DNA of 64,000 nt, from NCBI GenBank assembly GCA_963827235.1, contig CAWHAE010000016.1:96001-160000 (forward strand), in the 5' to 3' direction. Shown here one piece after another: positions 39,664 to 49,902 of the stretch. A program made the position numbers and the translations under genes. Under the pieces are notes generated by a model. That model saw only the letters and a list, made by a program, of their open reading frames with translations, was not told the origin of the DNA and did not search any database. The stretch's first letter is position 1. Every line of letters starts with the position of its first letter. The DNA comes from an uncultured bacterium. Lineage in GTDB: Bacteria > Chloroflexota > UBA5177 > JANWHV01.

Positions 39664-40562
39664 TCGTCCTCGCTCAGTCGGTCGACGATCTGGTATCCGG
39701 ATCCCTCCACGGCCTGGGCAACCTCGTCGGCCCGCTCGCGAATGATGCCCGAGGCGATTAACAGCGCCGCCGGGCGAGACGAGGAGGCAAAGGCAGGCGC
39801 CATGCGTATGATCGCGTTGGCGATAATGTTCGCCACCACGAGATCGGCGACCGGCTGCCCGGACGACGGAAACACCTGCCGTTCCACCGGCGCGTTCTGA
39901 TCCACGAGCTGCACGTGAACGCGATCGCTCACTCCGTTACGCTCGGCGTTTTCGATAGCGGCCGCGGTAGCCACCTCGGTGATGTCGCGGGCCCACACTT
40001 CCGCGGCACCCAGCCTCGCGGCGGCACAGGCCAGGATGCCGGAGCCGGTGCCCTGGTCGATCACGACCATACCAGGCTCAACCAGCCGCTCCAGAGCCGC
40101 CAGGCACATGCGAGTCGTCTGGTGAATGCCGGTGCCAAATGCCATCCCGGGATCGATCTCCACGACGACCGTGCCGACCTCGGCATCCACGTGCCGCCAG
40201 CTCGGCTTGACCAGCAGCCGGCCGATACGCAGCGGGTGGTAGTGCTCTTTCCAGGCATTCGCCCAGTCGTCTTCGTGCACGCGACGCACCTGTAACTCGC
40301 CGATCGGCGCCAGGTCGAAAGCTGCGAGGTGCCAGATGCCTTCCTCGACTCGCTGCCTGCGCTGCTGGCCGTCCGGCGTGTCCGGGACGTAGGTCAAGAT
40401 GCGCGCCGGCCGGCTGGAATCGATGCCATAGCGCTCACCTTCCGGGTCGGTGAAAAAGGGCTGCTCGACCGCGACACCCCCTTCGCCATACTGATGAAAC
40501 AGGGCGCTGATCGCCTCCACGGCAGCGATATCGGCGCTGATGCTGATCTCGAGCCAGTACAC
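39609..40562 (-). CDS. prmA: Ribosomal protein L11 methyltransferase
   Basis: DWANAWK, IDPGMAFGTG.HQTT, GTGSGILA, ANIIA, SGII. Confidence 0.94.
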   Translation of the reverse strand: MYWLEISISADIAAVEAISALFHQYGEGGVAVEQPFFTDPEGERYGIDSSRPARILTYVPDTPDGQQRRQRVEEGIWHLAAFDLAPIGELQVRRVHEDDWANAWKEHYHPLRIGRLLVKPSWRHVDAEVGTVVVEIDPGMAFGTGIHQTTRMCLAALERLVEPGMVVIDQGTGSGILACAAARLGAAEVWARDITEVATAAAIENAERNGVSDRVHVQLVDQNAPVERQVFPSSGQPVADLVVANIIANAIIRMAPAFASSSRPAALLIASGIIRERADEVAQAVEGSGYQIVDRLSEDEWVTLVARLATGPRTVSS

Positions 40563-41689
40563 TAGCCGAGAGTGTCTTTCATCTTGGAGAAGAAGCCGCG
40601 CTTGTGTCCCTCCTGCTGGGCGTGCGCCAGCTCAGCCAGCTCCTCGTACAGCTCGCGCTCTTTCTGGGAGAGCGCGCTCGGCGTGCGCACGGTAACGGTG
40701 ACGTAGAGGTCGCCGCGGCCCATGGCTCGCAACCGGGGCACCCCCTTGTCGCGCAGGCGGAATGCCTTGCCGGTTTGCGTGCCTGCCGGTATGGTCAGCT
40801 TCTCGCTGCCGTCTATGGTCGGCACTTCGACCTGGTCGCCGAGCGCCGCCTGGGGGAAACTGAGCGGCAGCTCGTAATACAGGTCGGCTCCATCACGCTT
40901 GAACTGCTGGTGCGGCTTCACGGTCAGGATGACATAAAGGTTACCAGGCATACCGCCTCGGGGACCGGACTCACCCTCGGCTGTCACCCTGATTTGCTGA
41001 TCGTTGTCCACTCCCGGTGGGATCTTCACGGCAAGGCGCCTGGTCACGTGAATCCGGCCCTCGCCCTTACACTCCTTGCAGGGACTGGAGATGATCTGCC
41101 CCTCGCCTTTACACCGGCCGCAGACCGTGACGTTCACGAACTGTCCGAAGAAGGATTGCTGCACGCGGCGCACCTCGCCGGAGCCATTGCATTGCGGACA
41201 CCGCTTCAGCTCGGACTTGGGCTCGGCGCCCGTGCCGCCGCAATGGGCACAGTTATCCAGCCGAGGCACCACGAGCTCTTTCTCGCAACCGAACACGGCC
41301 TCTTCGAAGGTGATGGTCAGGTCGTAACGCAGATCGGCCCCGCGCTGGGGGCCGTGACGGCCGGCGGTTGACCCGGCACCGCCGAAGATACTGCCGAACT
41401 GCTCGAAGATGTCTGCAAAGGAGCCGAAACCACCGAAGTTGCCGAAGTCGCCGGCCGCGCCGTTCACTCCGGCATGCCCGTACTGATTGTAGATCTGTCG
41501 CTTCTGCGGATCGTTGAGGACCTCATAGGCCTCGCTGATCTCCTTAAACCGCTCTTCCGAGCCCGCCTCTTTGTTGACGTCCGGATGGTACTGCCGAGCC
41601 AGCTTGCGGAACGCGCGCTTCAACGCGGCGTCGTCGGCATCACGCTGCACACCGAGGATGTCGTAATAATCACGCTTCGTTTGAGCCAA
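40562..41689 (-). CDS. dnaJ: Chaperone DnaJ
   Basis: DYYDILGV…HPD, G/F region, four CxxCxGxG repeats. Confidence 0.97.
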   Translation of the reverse strand: MAQTKRDYYDILGVQRDADDAALKRAFRKLARQYHPDVNKEAGSEERFKEISEAYEVLNDPQKRQIYNQYGHAGVNGAAGDFGNFGGFGSFADIFEQFGSIFGGAGSTAGRHGPQRGADLRYDLTITFEEAVFGCEKELVVPRLDNCAHCGGTGAEPKSELKRCPQCNGSGEVRRVQQSFFGQFVNVTVCGRCKGEGQIISSPCKECKGEGRIHVTRRLAVKIPPGVDNDQQIRVTAEGESGPRGGMPGNLYVILTVKPHQQFKRDGADLYYELPLSFPQAALGDQVEVPTIDGSEKLTIPAGTQTGKAFRLRDKGVPRLRAMGRGDLYVTVTVRTPSALSQKERELYEELAELAHAQQEGHKRGFFSKMKDTLG

Positions 41690-41765
41690 TGTGATACCCG
41701 CCTGCTTTCTCGTTCACCGTGTCCCGCCCCGTCCTAGCGATGCCAGCTTGCCCTGTACGCTGCGA

Positions 41766-41804
41766 TGCCACAGCCCGCGACCGGCCGGTCGCAGGGCTGT
41801 GGCA
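41766..41804 (-). terminator. Near-perfect hairpin between dnaK and dnaJ
   Basis: TGCCACAGCCC-GCGACCGGCCGGTCGC-A-GGGCTGTGGCA. Confidence 0.6.
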
Positions 41805-41861
41805 CTGGCTCACTTTGCAGGATGCCAGACGGGGATGGTCGCGGTGTGGCTTTGCGATACG

Positions 41862-43793
41862 CTAGACTTCCTTATACTCACCCTCGACGGTGTTCTCGTC
41901 GTGCGGGGTGCTCGCGTCACCATCGGAGGCGCCGTCGTAGCCGCCCGCGCCCTCAAACCCGGCTCCCCCGCTGCTACCGTCGCCGCCGGCGGCCTGACCG
42001 TAGATGGCGCTGCCGATTCCCTGCAGTGCCTTCTTGAGCGCCTCCGAGGCCGACTTGATGCGTTCAATGTCGTCCGTCTTGAGAGCCGCTTCGACGTCGC
42101 CGATGTTGTGCTGGATCTCGGCCGTGAGCTCGCTGCTTATCCGCTCCTTGTGCTCGTCGAGGGTCTTCCGCGCGCTATAGACCATGTTGTCGGCCGAGTT
42201 GCGGACCTCGACCTCCTCGCGCCGCCTCGCGTCGTCGGCCGCGTGCGACTCGGCTTCGCGCACCATGCGCTCGACCTCGTCCTTGGCCAGTCCACTTGAA
42301 GCTGTGATCGTAATCTTCTTGTCCTTGCCCGTGCCCTTGTCCTTAGCGGACACGTGGACGACACCGTTGACGTCGATGTCGAACGTGACCTCGATCTGTG
42401 GCACTCCGCGGGGCGCCGGCAAGATCCCTTCGAGATGGAACTTGCCCAGCGTTTTGTTGTACTGCGCGAGCTCCCGCTCGCCCTGAAGCACGTGGATCTC
42501 CACGCTCGGCTGATTGTCCGCCGCGGTCGAGAACACCTGGCTCTTGCTCGTCGGGATGGTCGTGTTTCGCTCGATCAGCTTGGTGAATACACCGCCGAGC
42601 GTCTCGATGCCGAGGCTCAAGGGAGTGACGTCCAGCAGCAGGACATCCTTGACGTCCCCCGACAGCACCCCTGCCTGAATAGCCGCGCCGATCGCGACCA
42701 CCTCGTCCGGGTTCACACTCCGGTTCGGTTCTTTGCCGAAGAGCTCGCGCACCATGGACTGCACGGCCGGCATGCGCGTCTGCCCGCCCACCAGTACGAC
42801 CTCATCAATCTCGGCGGGACGGAGTCCGGCGTCCTTGAGCGCAAGCTGTACCGGCCCCTTGGAGCGTTCAATCAGCTCGCCGACGAGTTGTTCGAGCTTG
42901 GCGCGGGTCAGGTTCATGACGAGGTGCTTCGGTCCGCTGGCATCGGCGGTGATGAAGGGCAGGTTGATCTCCGTGGTCATCGCGCTGCTCAGCTCGATCT
43001 TGGCCTTCTCCGCCGCTTCCTTGAGTCGCTGCAGCGCCACGCGATCCTCGCGTACGTCGATCCCCTGCTCACGCCTGAACTCGTCGGCCAGCCAATTGAT
43101 AATCCGCTGGTCGAAGTCGTCGCCGCCAAGGTGTGTGTCGCCGTTCGTGCTCTTTACTTCGAACACGCCATCGCCAAGCTCGAGGATGGAGATATCGAAG
43201 GTACCGCCGCCGAGGTCGTAGACGGCAATCTTCTCGTCCTTTTTCTTGTCCAGTCCGTATGCAAGCGACGAAGCGGTAGGCTCGTTGATGATTCGCAGCA
43301 CATTCAGACCGGCGATCTTGCCGGCATCTTTGGTGGCCTCGCGCTGGCTGTTATTGAAGTAGGCGGGCACCGTGATAACGGCTTCGGTCACCTTCGATCC
43401 CAGATACGCCTCGGCATCGGCCTTCAGCTTGCCCAGGATCATAGCGCTAATCTCTGCCGGGGCATACTGCTTGCCCATCACCTCGACGGCAACGTCGCCG
43501 TTTGAGCGCTCGGCAACCTTGAACGGCACCATTCGCTTGTCTCTATCCACGTCCGGCTCAGCGTACTTGCGGCCCATGAAGCGCTTCACGCTGAACACCG
43601 TGTTCTCGGAATTCGTGATCGCCTGCCGCTTGGCCACCTGACCGACCAGACGCTCGCCCGCCTTGGTGAACGCCACCACCGACGGTGTCGTTCGGCTTCC
43701 CTCGGCGTTCGGAATGACGACGGGCTCGCCGCCTTCCATCACCGCGACGCAAGAGTTAGTCGTGCCGAGGTCGATACCAATAACTTTTCCCAT
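41862..43793 (-). CDS. dnaK: Chaperone DnaK
   Basis: [34 protein letters not shown]. Confidence 0.98.
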   Translation of the reverse strand: MGKVIGIDLGTTNSCVAVMEGGEPVVIPNAEGSRTTPSVVAFTKAGERLVGQVAKRQAITNSENTVFSVKRFMGRKYAEPDVDRDKRMVPFKVAERSNGDVAVEVMGKQYAPAEISAMILGKLKADAEAYLGSKVTEAVITVPAYFNNSQREATKDAGKIAGLNVLRIINEPTASSLAYGLDKKKDEKIAVYDLGGGTFDISILELGDGVFEVKSTNGDTHLGGDDFDQRIINWLADEFRREQGIDVREDRVALQRLKEAAEKAKIELSSAMTTEINLPFITADASGPKHLVMNLTRAKLEQLVGELIERSKGPVQLALKDAGLRPAEIDEVVLVGGQTRMPAVQSMVRELFGKEPNRSVNPDEVVAIGAAIQAGVLSGDVKDVLLLDVTPLSLGIETLGGVFTKLIERNTTIPTSKSQVFSTAADNQPSVEIHVLQGERELAQYNKTLGKFHLEGILPAPRGVPQIEVTFDIDVNGVVHVSAKDKGTGKDKKITITASSGLAKDEVERMVREAESHAADDARRREEVEVRNSADNMVYSARKTLDEHKERISSELTAEIQHNIGDVEAALKTDDIERIKSASEALKKALQGIGSAIYGQAAGGDGSSGGAGFEGAGGYDGASDGDASTPHDENTVEGEYKEV

Positions 43794-43799
43794 GACTGT

Positions 43800-44483
43800 C
43801 TAGCTCTCCTCCGTTGTACTGGCCGCGGATTCCACACGCTTGGCGACCTTTACGAGGGTCGGGCGCACCACCTTGTCGTGCAGCATATAGCCACGCTGCA
43901 GCTCGGCGATGACTTCATCATCTTCATAATCCATTGTTGCTTCCTGTATTATTGCTTCGTGCACCATGGGGTCGAAGCGCGTGCCGAGTGCCACGATAGG
44001 CTTCAGGCCCTGTTTTTCGAGCGTGGCGCGTAACTGCCGATCGACGAGCACCAGGCCGTCCATCCATGGTAGTGCGCTGACGGCTTCAGGAATCGTGGCC
44101 AGCGCGCGATCCAGATTGTCGAGCACGGGCAGCAGCTCCTGTACCAACAACAGGTTGGCGAAACGCGCCTGCTGCTCCCGTTCCTGATCGTTGCGCCGCT
44201 TGTAGTTGGCAAAATCGGCCTGGGTACGCAAGAGCCGCTGGACCGCGTCCTCGCACTTGGCCTGCTCGTCCGCAATTCGCTGCTGCACGGCCTTTTCCAG
44301 AACGGCTGCTTGGTCGTCGGTAAGTCTGATGTCGCCGAGCGATGAGACGAACGTCGCCGCGGCATCGGTCTGCGCTCCGCCAGTGCCATGCTGTCTGCCC
44401 GGGCCGCCTTCTTTTCGCTTTCCCCGTGCGCGGTGATCGCTGCCCTCAGATGCCGATTCTACTTGCTGGTGCTCCTCGTCCAT
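43800..44483 (-). CDS. grpE: Nucleotide exchange factor GrpE
   Basis: ADFANYKRR, LLPVLDNLDRAL, FDPMVHEA, LQRGY. Confidence 0.95.
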   Translation of the reverse strand: MDEEHQQVESASEGSDHRARGKRKEGGPGRQHGTGGAQTDAAATFVSSLGDIRLTDDQAAVLEKAVQQRIADEQAKCEDAVQRLLRTQADFANYKRRNDQEREQQARFANLLLVQELLPVLDNLDRALATIPEAVSALPWMDGLVLVDRQLRATLEKQGLKPIVALGTRFDPMVHEAIIQEATMDYEDDEVIAELQRGYMLHDKVVRPTLVKVAKRVESAASTTEES

Positions 44484-44511
44484 CGCTTCCCCTATCGTCT
44501 GTTCCGCCGTG

Positions 44512-45585
44512 TCAGCCTTGCAGCTCACCGGCCAGCTCGCTGAGCAGATCCGTCATATAGCGCACGACGGCGACCGCTCTGCCGTAATGCATGCGCATCG
44601 GCCCAAACACACCTATCAGGCCCATGCCCCCACCCTCGGCACCATACCGGGAGGCAATGACGCTGAATGGCCCCAAATCTTCGTAAACACCTTCGCCGCC
44701 AATGAACACCTGGACGCCGCCGCCGCTGAGCACGTGCGGCAGCAGCCGCCGAAGCAGCATACCCTGCTGCAGCATTTCGAGCATCTGAATCATGCCGTGC
44801 GCTACCTGCTGCCTCTCTTGGCCGCGCGCCTGCGCCGGGCTGGAGAATTCTGCCTGGCCAAGCACGTTGGCAATGCCGTCATAGTACACGGCAGGTATGT
44901 CTTGCTCGTCGTAGGCTCGCATCAGGCGAGCGACGGCCTCGGCCGCCGCACGCTCGAGTCCGGCGGGCAAGGCGAGCGCAACCTGATCGACGCCGGTGGC
45001 CGTTCGGCCTTCGATACGCCTATTCAGCGACGCAGCGGCGCGCGAGAGAACGTCCTGGGCCGACGGCATCTCGAGGGCCACCATCTGCTGATGGACGAGC
45101 CCTCCCTGCAAAACGAGCACCAGCAGCGCCACCGAATCCTGAATGCTGATCAGCTCCAGGTGCTTCACGCGACTCTCAGCCACGCGCGGCGCAGTGATCA
45201 GCGCCGCATTTTGCACCTGCTGAGCGAGAATCGCCGCCGAAAGCCGCAACCATTCCGTCAGGTCCATCTGGACCTGATGGAACTGGTGTGCGATCGTCCG
45301 CTGCTCATCGGCCGGCACGGCGGGCTCGTCCATCAAGCCTTCGACATAGTAGCGGTACCCACGATCCGTGGGCACCCTGCCACCCGACGTGTGAGGCTGC
45401 GCGAGGTATCCCATCTCTTCGAGAGTCGCCAGCTCGTTGCGAATGGTGGCTGAGCTCACTCCCAGACCAGATAGCGTCTCCACGCGGCCACTGCTCACGG
45501 CCTGCGCGGTACGCACGTATTCCTGCACCACGACCTTGAGGATGGTGCGCCTGCGCTCCGTCAAAATGCTGATGTTCCCTGACAC
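44512..45585 (-). CDS. hrcA: Heat-inducible transcription repressor HrcA
   Basis: VSSATIRNEL, QPHTSGGRVPT.RGYRYYV, GPMRMHY. Confidence 0.95.
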   Translation of the reverse strand: MSGNISILTERRRTILKVVVQEYVRTAQAVSSGRVETLSGLGVSSATIRNELATLEEMGYLAQPHTSGGRVPTDRGYRYYVEGLMDEPAVPADEQRTIAHQFHQVQMDLTEWLRLSAAILAQQVQNAALITAPRVAESRVKHLELISIQDSVALLVLVLQGGLVHQQMVALEMPSAQDVLSRAAASLNRRIEGRTATGVDQVALALPAGLERAAAEAVARLMRAYDEQDIPAVYYDGIANVLGQAEFSSPAQARGQERQQVAHGMIQMLEMLQQGMLLRRLLPHVLSGGGVQVFIGGEGVYEDLGPFSVIASRYGAEGGGMGLIGVFGPMRMHYGRAVAVVRYMTDLLSELAGELQG

Positions 45586-45598
45586 CTGTACCTCGGAC

Positions 45599-45625
45599 TT
45601 AGCAGTCTCGCCAGTTGAGTGCTAA
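45599..45625 (-). promoter_or_regulatory. CIRCE element (HrcA operator)
   Basis: TTAGCACTC-N9-GACTGCTAA on the minus strand, one mismatch to consensus, directly upstream of hrcA. Confidence 0.93.
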
Positions 45626-45637
45626 CTACCTGGCAAC

Positions 45638-45666
45638 AATGTAGCACTTGCGCGTTGTACTGTCAA
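45638..45666 (-). promoter_or_regulatory. sigma70 promoter of the hrcA operon
   Basis: TTGACA-17 nt-TACATT with extended TG. Confidence 0.8.
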
Positions 45667-45793
45667 GAAAGCTATACGTATGGTGCGCGGTATGCCCTGA
45701 AGGCTGCCCGGTCGAACGACTCTCCCGCGCGCACCATCCCGCGGACGTTACTGCCGTCCGCCTACCAGTATCGCATGGACACGGGGCTGCATG

Positions 45794-47311
45794 TCACTCC
45801 CCTGCTTTTACCTCTTCCCACAGCGCGTCGAGCATTTGCGGGCCTAGATCCGCAAGCGCGAGATTACGCTGCGCGCACAGGCTCTCCACGGACTCGAAGC
45901 GGCGGCGAAACTTCGCATTGGCCTTGCGCAGTGCCTCGTCAGCGTCCACGTGGAGGTGCCGGCACAGGCTGACGATCGCGAACAGCAGGTCCCCGACCTC
46001 CTCCAGCACTGCTTCGGGTCCGGCGGTCTTCACCTCGTCCAATTCCTCGGCCACCTTGTCGTACACGGGCACAATGTCCGGCCACTCGAAGCCCAGGGCT
46101 GCTGCCTTGCGCTGCATGGTCTGCGACGCGATGAGCGATGGCATGGAGACCGGCACGCCCGACAGCGCGGATTGATCGGGTCGGCGCTCAAGTGTCTTCC
46201 GTTTCTCCCAGGTCTGCAGCACCTCGTCGGCCGTGTCGAGCTGCATACTGCCGAACACGTGAGGATGGCGCTGGATCAGCTTCCTCGCCGCGGCCTCCAC
46301 GACCTGCACCAGGTCGAAGTCGCCGCTCTCTTCACCAATCTGCGACATGAGCACGACCTCGAGGAGCACGTCGCCCATCTCCTCGACAGCGGACGCCATA
46401 TCCTCAAGGTCAAGCGCTTCCACCAGCTCATGCGCCTCCTCGAGCACGTGTGGCTTCAGCGTCTGAAGTGTCTGCTTTCGATCCCACGGGCATCCATCCG
46501 GCTGGCGAAGCCTCGCCGCGATGAACGGCATGGCAGCCAGGCTCCGCACGTCCAGCAGCGGATCGATCGGAGCCACATAGACCGAGGTCAGATGGTCGAA
46601 GGACTCGCTGTGATCGAGCTCGGCCAGAGCAACCTCACGCGTTCGCTGATCGAGCGTGCCGGCTGCGCTGACCACAACAACCGTGTGGCCCTCCGGATAG
46701 CGCTCCAGCAGCCACAGCTTGACCGCGCTTGCCACGCGTCGATCGTAGACCTGGCCGATGAGCAAGGGCCTGCCGGCCGTGTGCAGCCTGGGCGAGACGC
46801 CCGCCCATATGCCGGCGAGTGCGGTTGCGTCCGAGGCCAGAAGCGAGGCCCCGTCGAGCAAAGCCAGCGATTCACTCAGCGGGTCGACATGCAGCGCCGA
46901 GATCACCGGCTCGACGAAGCTGACGGCGTCGAATACTCGCACGTGCACGCCCCGCAGAGGGGCAATCTCGAGAAGCTGCGTGACCGTCCGCTCGCCTACC
47001 AACGGATGGCCGGGCACGGCATAGACGATAGGATCGGCCGACGTGCGCGCGGTGTCGATCAGATCGTCGACGATGGCGGAGTATAGCTCGTCGAACGTCT
47101 CCGCTCGCTCGTACAGATCGTCAAAGCTCCTCAATCTCTGGGCGGAGCCCAGCATGGCCTTGAGCGGCACAACGGTCGGGTGCACGAAGGTGCGAAAACA
47201 GATCGTAGTGGCGGCGCGCACGGTGTCGAGTGTGCCGACGGTGAGCGACGACCATTCGCCTGGTCCCAGTCCGACGATCCGTATCTCGGGGCCGTGGCCC
47301 TCCGCCTGCAT
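45794..47311 (-). CDS. mazG: MazG NTP pyrophosphohydrolase with N-terminal tetrapyrrole-methylase-like domain (YabN type)
   Basis: VGLGPG, YAVPGHP; GCPWDRKQT, EEMGD, RHPHVFG, EEVGDLLF, KFRRRF. Confidence 0.92.
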   Translation of the reverse strand: MQAEGHGPEIRIVGLGPGEWSSLTVGTLDTVRAATTICFRTFVHPTVVPLKAMLGSAQRLRSFDDLYERAETFDELYSAIVDDLIDTARTSADPIVYAVPGHPLVGERTVTQLLEIAPLRGVHVRVFDAVSFVEPVISALHVDPLSESLALLDGASLLASDATALAGIWAGVSPRLHTAGRPLLIGQVYDRRVASAVKLWLLERYPEGHTVVVVSAAGTLDQRTREVALAELDHSESFDHLTSVYVAPIDPLLDVRSLAAMPFIAARLRQPDGCPWDRKQTLQTLKPHVLEEAHELVEALDLEDMASAVEEMGDVLLEVVLMSQIGEESGDFDLVQVVEAAARKLIQRHPHVFGSMQLDTADEVLQTWEKRKTLERRPDQSALSGVPVSMPSLIASQTMQRKAAALGFEWPDIVPVYDKVAEELDEVKTAGPEAVLEEVGDLLFAIVSLCRHLHVDADEALRKANAKFRRRFESVESLCAQRNLALADLGPQMLDALWEEVKAGE

Positions 47312-47340
47312 AATAGAACGACCTCCCTGCTCGCGCCGGC

Positions 47341-48330
47341 CTATCCGGCCTCGACGCGACGCGCTCCTTCTTCATTACGACCCGCGGCTGCCGCCCGGCG
47401 GGCCACCACGGTAGCGGGCGCGTTGCCGGCAAACAGCCCCGGTTCCGGGACGCCGGTAAGAACGCGGAGGGCGCACGGCAGTGTCTCGAAGCGAGCAGGA
47501 GCGAAACCGTGGAAGTCGCCGTCTACCTGCAGGGGTATCGCGGTCTCGGACTCCACCACTACGACTCGCGCACGGCCATAGAGCAGCCGCTGCCGGAGTG
47601 CCGAGAAGCCGCTGGCGATCGCGCCAAGCTGGCCCACACCATCCAGAATTGTCTCTCCACGCACCACGACGACATCCAGCATGCCGTCGTCTGCTACGGC
47701 GTGATTCGTGGCCAGGAACGGACCCGCGTAGCGGCGAGTGTTGCCCACCACCAGTGCCAGCGCGGTGCAGCGCACGATCCTTCCGTCCAGCGAGATGTTC
47801 ACCGCGCTGCCACGGTATCTCGTCGCCAGTGTGAGAAACGAGGCGCCGTAGGCCAGCCGGCCGACGCGCCGTTTGAGTGCGAGGTTGAGGCCCTGGACGG
47901 TTGCCGCGTCCAGGCCCACGCTCGCCATCAGCAGGAATCGGCGTCCGCCCACGCGGCCGACGTCGATTCTGCGCACATCGCCGGCGCTGAGCAGCCTGGC
48001 AAGCGCGTCCGGTCTGGCGGGCAAACCAGCCTCGGTCGCCCAGAGGTTGACCGTGCCGGCCGGGATGACACCGAGAATTGCGTCCGAGCCCGCCAGCGGC
48101 TGAAGAACCTCGTTCACGGTGCCATCGCCTCCGGCGGCCACGACCAGATCGAAGCCGTCGTGCAGCGCGCGCTCAGCGAGGTCGGTGCCGTGGCCCGGGC
48201 CGCGAGTGAGGTCGACGCGTACCTCATGACCTATCTCACGCAGCCGCGACGCCACCACGCCGGTCAACTGCCGGTGGGATGCCGGCCCGGCCTCGGGATT
48301 GTGTACGATGCAGACGCGGCGCAGGACCAT
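47341..48330 (-). CDS. Diacylglycerol/lipid kinase family protein (YegS/BmrU)
   Basis: NPEAG, GGDGTVNE, PAGTVN, DDGMLDV, QVDGD. Confidence 0.92.
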   Translation of the reverse strand: MVLRRVCIVHNPEAGPASHRQLTGVVASRLREIGHEVRVDLTRGPGHGTDLAERALHDGFDLVVAAGGDGTVNEVLQPLAGSDAILGVIPAGTVNLWATEAGLPARPDALARLLSAGDVRRIDVGRVGGRRFLLMASVGLDAATVQGLNLALKRRVGRLAYGASFLTLATRYRGSAVNISLDGRIVRCTALALVVGNTRRYAGPFLATNHAVADDGMLDVVVVRGETILDGVGQLGAIASGFSALRQRLLYGRARVVVVESETAIPLQVDGDFHGFAPARFETLPCALRVLTGVPEPGLFAGNAPATVVARRAAAAGRNEEGARRVEAG

Positions 48331-48331
48331 C

Positions 48332-49837
48332 TCAGTGCCCGGATCTCAGCGACTGAAGGATCTCACGTGCCACCTGTGCCTCGTCCCACGGCAACGAGCC
48401 TCCAGCCATGAACATGTTCTTCTCGTGCCCCTTGCCGGCGAGGAGCACCGCGTCGCCCGCTCGCGCTGAGGCGAGGGCCCACGCGATGGCCCCTCGCCGA
48501 TCAGGAATGATATGCAGATTGACGCCGTCACGCGAACCTGCTTGCCGCGCACCGGTGGCGATCTGCTCGATGATCGCTGTCGACGGCTCGCCGCGAGGAT
48601 CCTCGTCGGTCAGCACGATGAGGTCGGCCAGCCGGGCTGCCACGGCACCCATGGCCGGTCGCTTCTCGTGGTCGCGGTCGCCGGCACTGCCGAATACCGC
48701 GATCAGCCGGCCCGAGGCAAGCGGACGCAAGGTTTCCAACACCGTCTCCAGGCTTGCCGCGGTGTGGGCGTAGTCGACAACCACGGTGAACGCCTGTCCT
48801 TCGTCCAAGCGCTGCATGCGTCCGGGAACGCCCTTGAACGACTGTAGCGCCTCCGCGGCGGCCCCTAGGTCCTCCCCACGTCCTGCGAGCGTGGCCAGCA
48901 CACCCAGGCAGTTATAGACGTTGAACCGGCCCGGCATAGGCGTCGTGGCTCGGACCTCATGACCGTTTGCCCTGACGGTGAAACTGGAACCGCTGGGCCC
49001 GCAGTACAGGTCCAGGGCACGCACCATTGCCTCTGACGAGAGTCCGTACGTAAGAATCTCCACGGGAGCGCCCGGGATGAGCTGGGCGCTTCCCTCGTCA
49101 TCGAGATTGATCGCCGCGAAATGCGGTCCTGGACGATGTGAGTTCTCGCTCACCGCCTGCAGCAGCGATGCCTTTGCGGCGATGTAGCGCTCTCGCGTGC
49201 CGTGGAACTCGAGGTGCTCGCTGGTGATGTTGGTGACGACGGCGTCGTCAAAGCGCACACCCCGAACGCGATCGAGGGCCAGCCCGTGACTCGTCGCCTC
49301 GACGACCGCGTCGGTAACGCCTACCTGAGCCATGCGGGCTAACGCTGCCTGGACCTCCGGGGACTCGAGCGTGGACTGCCGCAGGTCGTTGTCTACCCAG
49401 GTGTCCCCGTAGCGAAACGCCACCGTGCTCAGCAGGCCGGTGCTTCGGCCCAGTGCGGTGAGCACGTGGCTGAGCAGGAACGTGGTGGTCGTCTTGCCGT
49501 CGGTCCCGGTAACACCAGTTATGTGTAGTCTCGCGGACGGATAGCCGCAGAGTGCCGCGGCGATATCTGCCAACGCCTTCCGGGTCGACGGCACTTCCAC
49601 GCATGGCAGACCTTCTGCCTCCGGCACCGGGCGCTCGACCACCGCCATACAGGCGCCCGCGCGCAGCGCATCGCGCACATACCGGTGCCCGTCGGTCACA
49701 GTACCGGTCACCGCGACGAAGATGTCGCCCGGCCGGATCGCGCGCGAGTCGTAACGCACCGCGCCGACCTCCACGTCGATCGGCCGATCAGCCGTTCCGC
49801 CTATCCCGGCACGGGCGAGCACCTCACTCAGTTGCAA
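48332..49837 (-). CDS. murE: UDP-MurNAc-tripeptide synthetase MurE
   Basis: DSR, GVTGTDGKTTT, EATSH, DYAHT, DEDPR, AGKGHE. Confidence 0.95.
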   Translation of the reverse strand: MQLSEVLARAGIGGTADRPIDVEVGAVRYDSRAIRPGDIFVAVTGTVTDGHRYVRDALRAGACMAVVERPVPEAEGLPCVEVPSTRKALADIAAALCGYPSARLHITGVTGTDGKTTTTFLLSHVLTALGRSTGLLSTVAFRYGDTWVDNDLRQSTLESPEVQAALARMAQVGVTDAVVEATSHGLALDRVRGVRFDDAVVTNITSEHLEFHGTRERYIAAKASLLQAVSENSHRPGPHFAAINLDDEGSAQLIPGAPVEILTYGLSSEAMVRALDLYCGPSGSSFTVRANGHEVRATTPMPGRFNVYNCLGVLATLAGRGEDLGAAAEALQSFKGVPGRMQRLDEGQAFTVVVDYAHTAASLETVLETLRPLASGRLIAVFGSAGDRDHEKRPAMGAVAARLADLIVLTDEDPRGEPSTAIIEQIATGARQAGSRDGVNLHIIPDRRGAIAWALASARAGDAVLLAGKGHEKNMFMAGGSLPWDEAQVAREILQSLRSGH

Positions 49838-49902
49838 CGATCATATCCCCAGACATACTCATAGACGCAAGGTACAGAGTACAGCCATCCACCATAGAAC
49901 GG

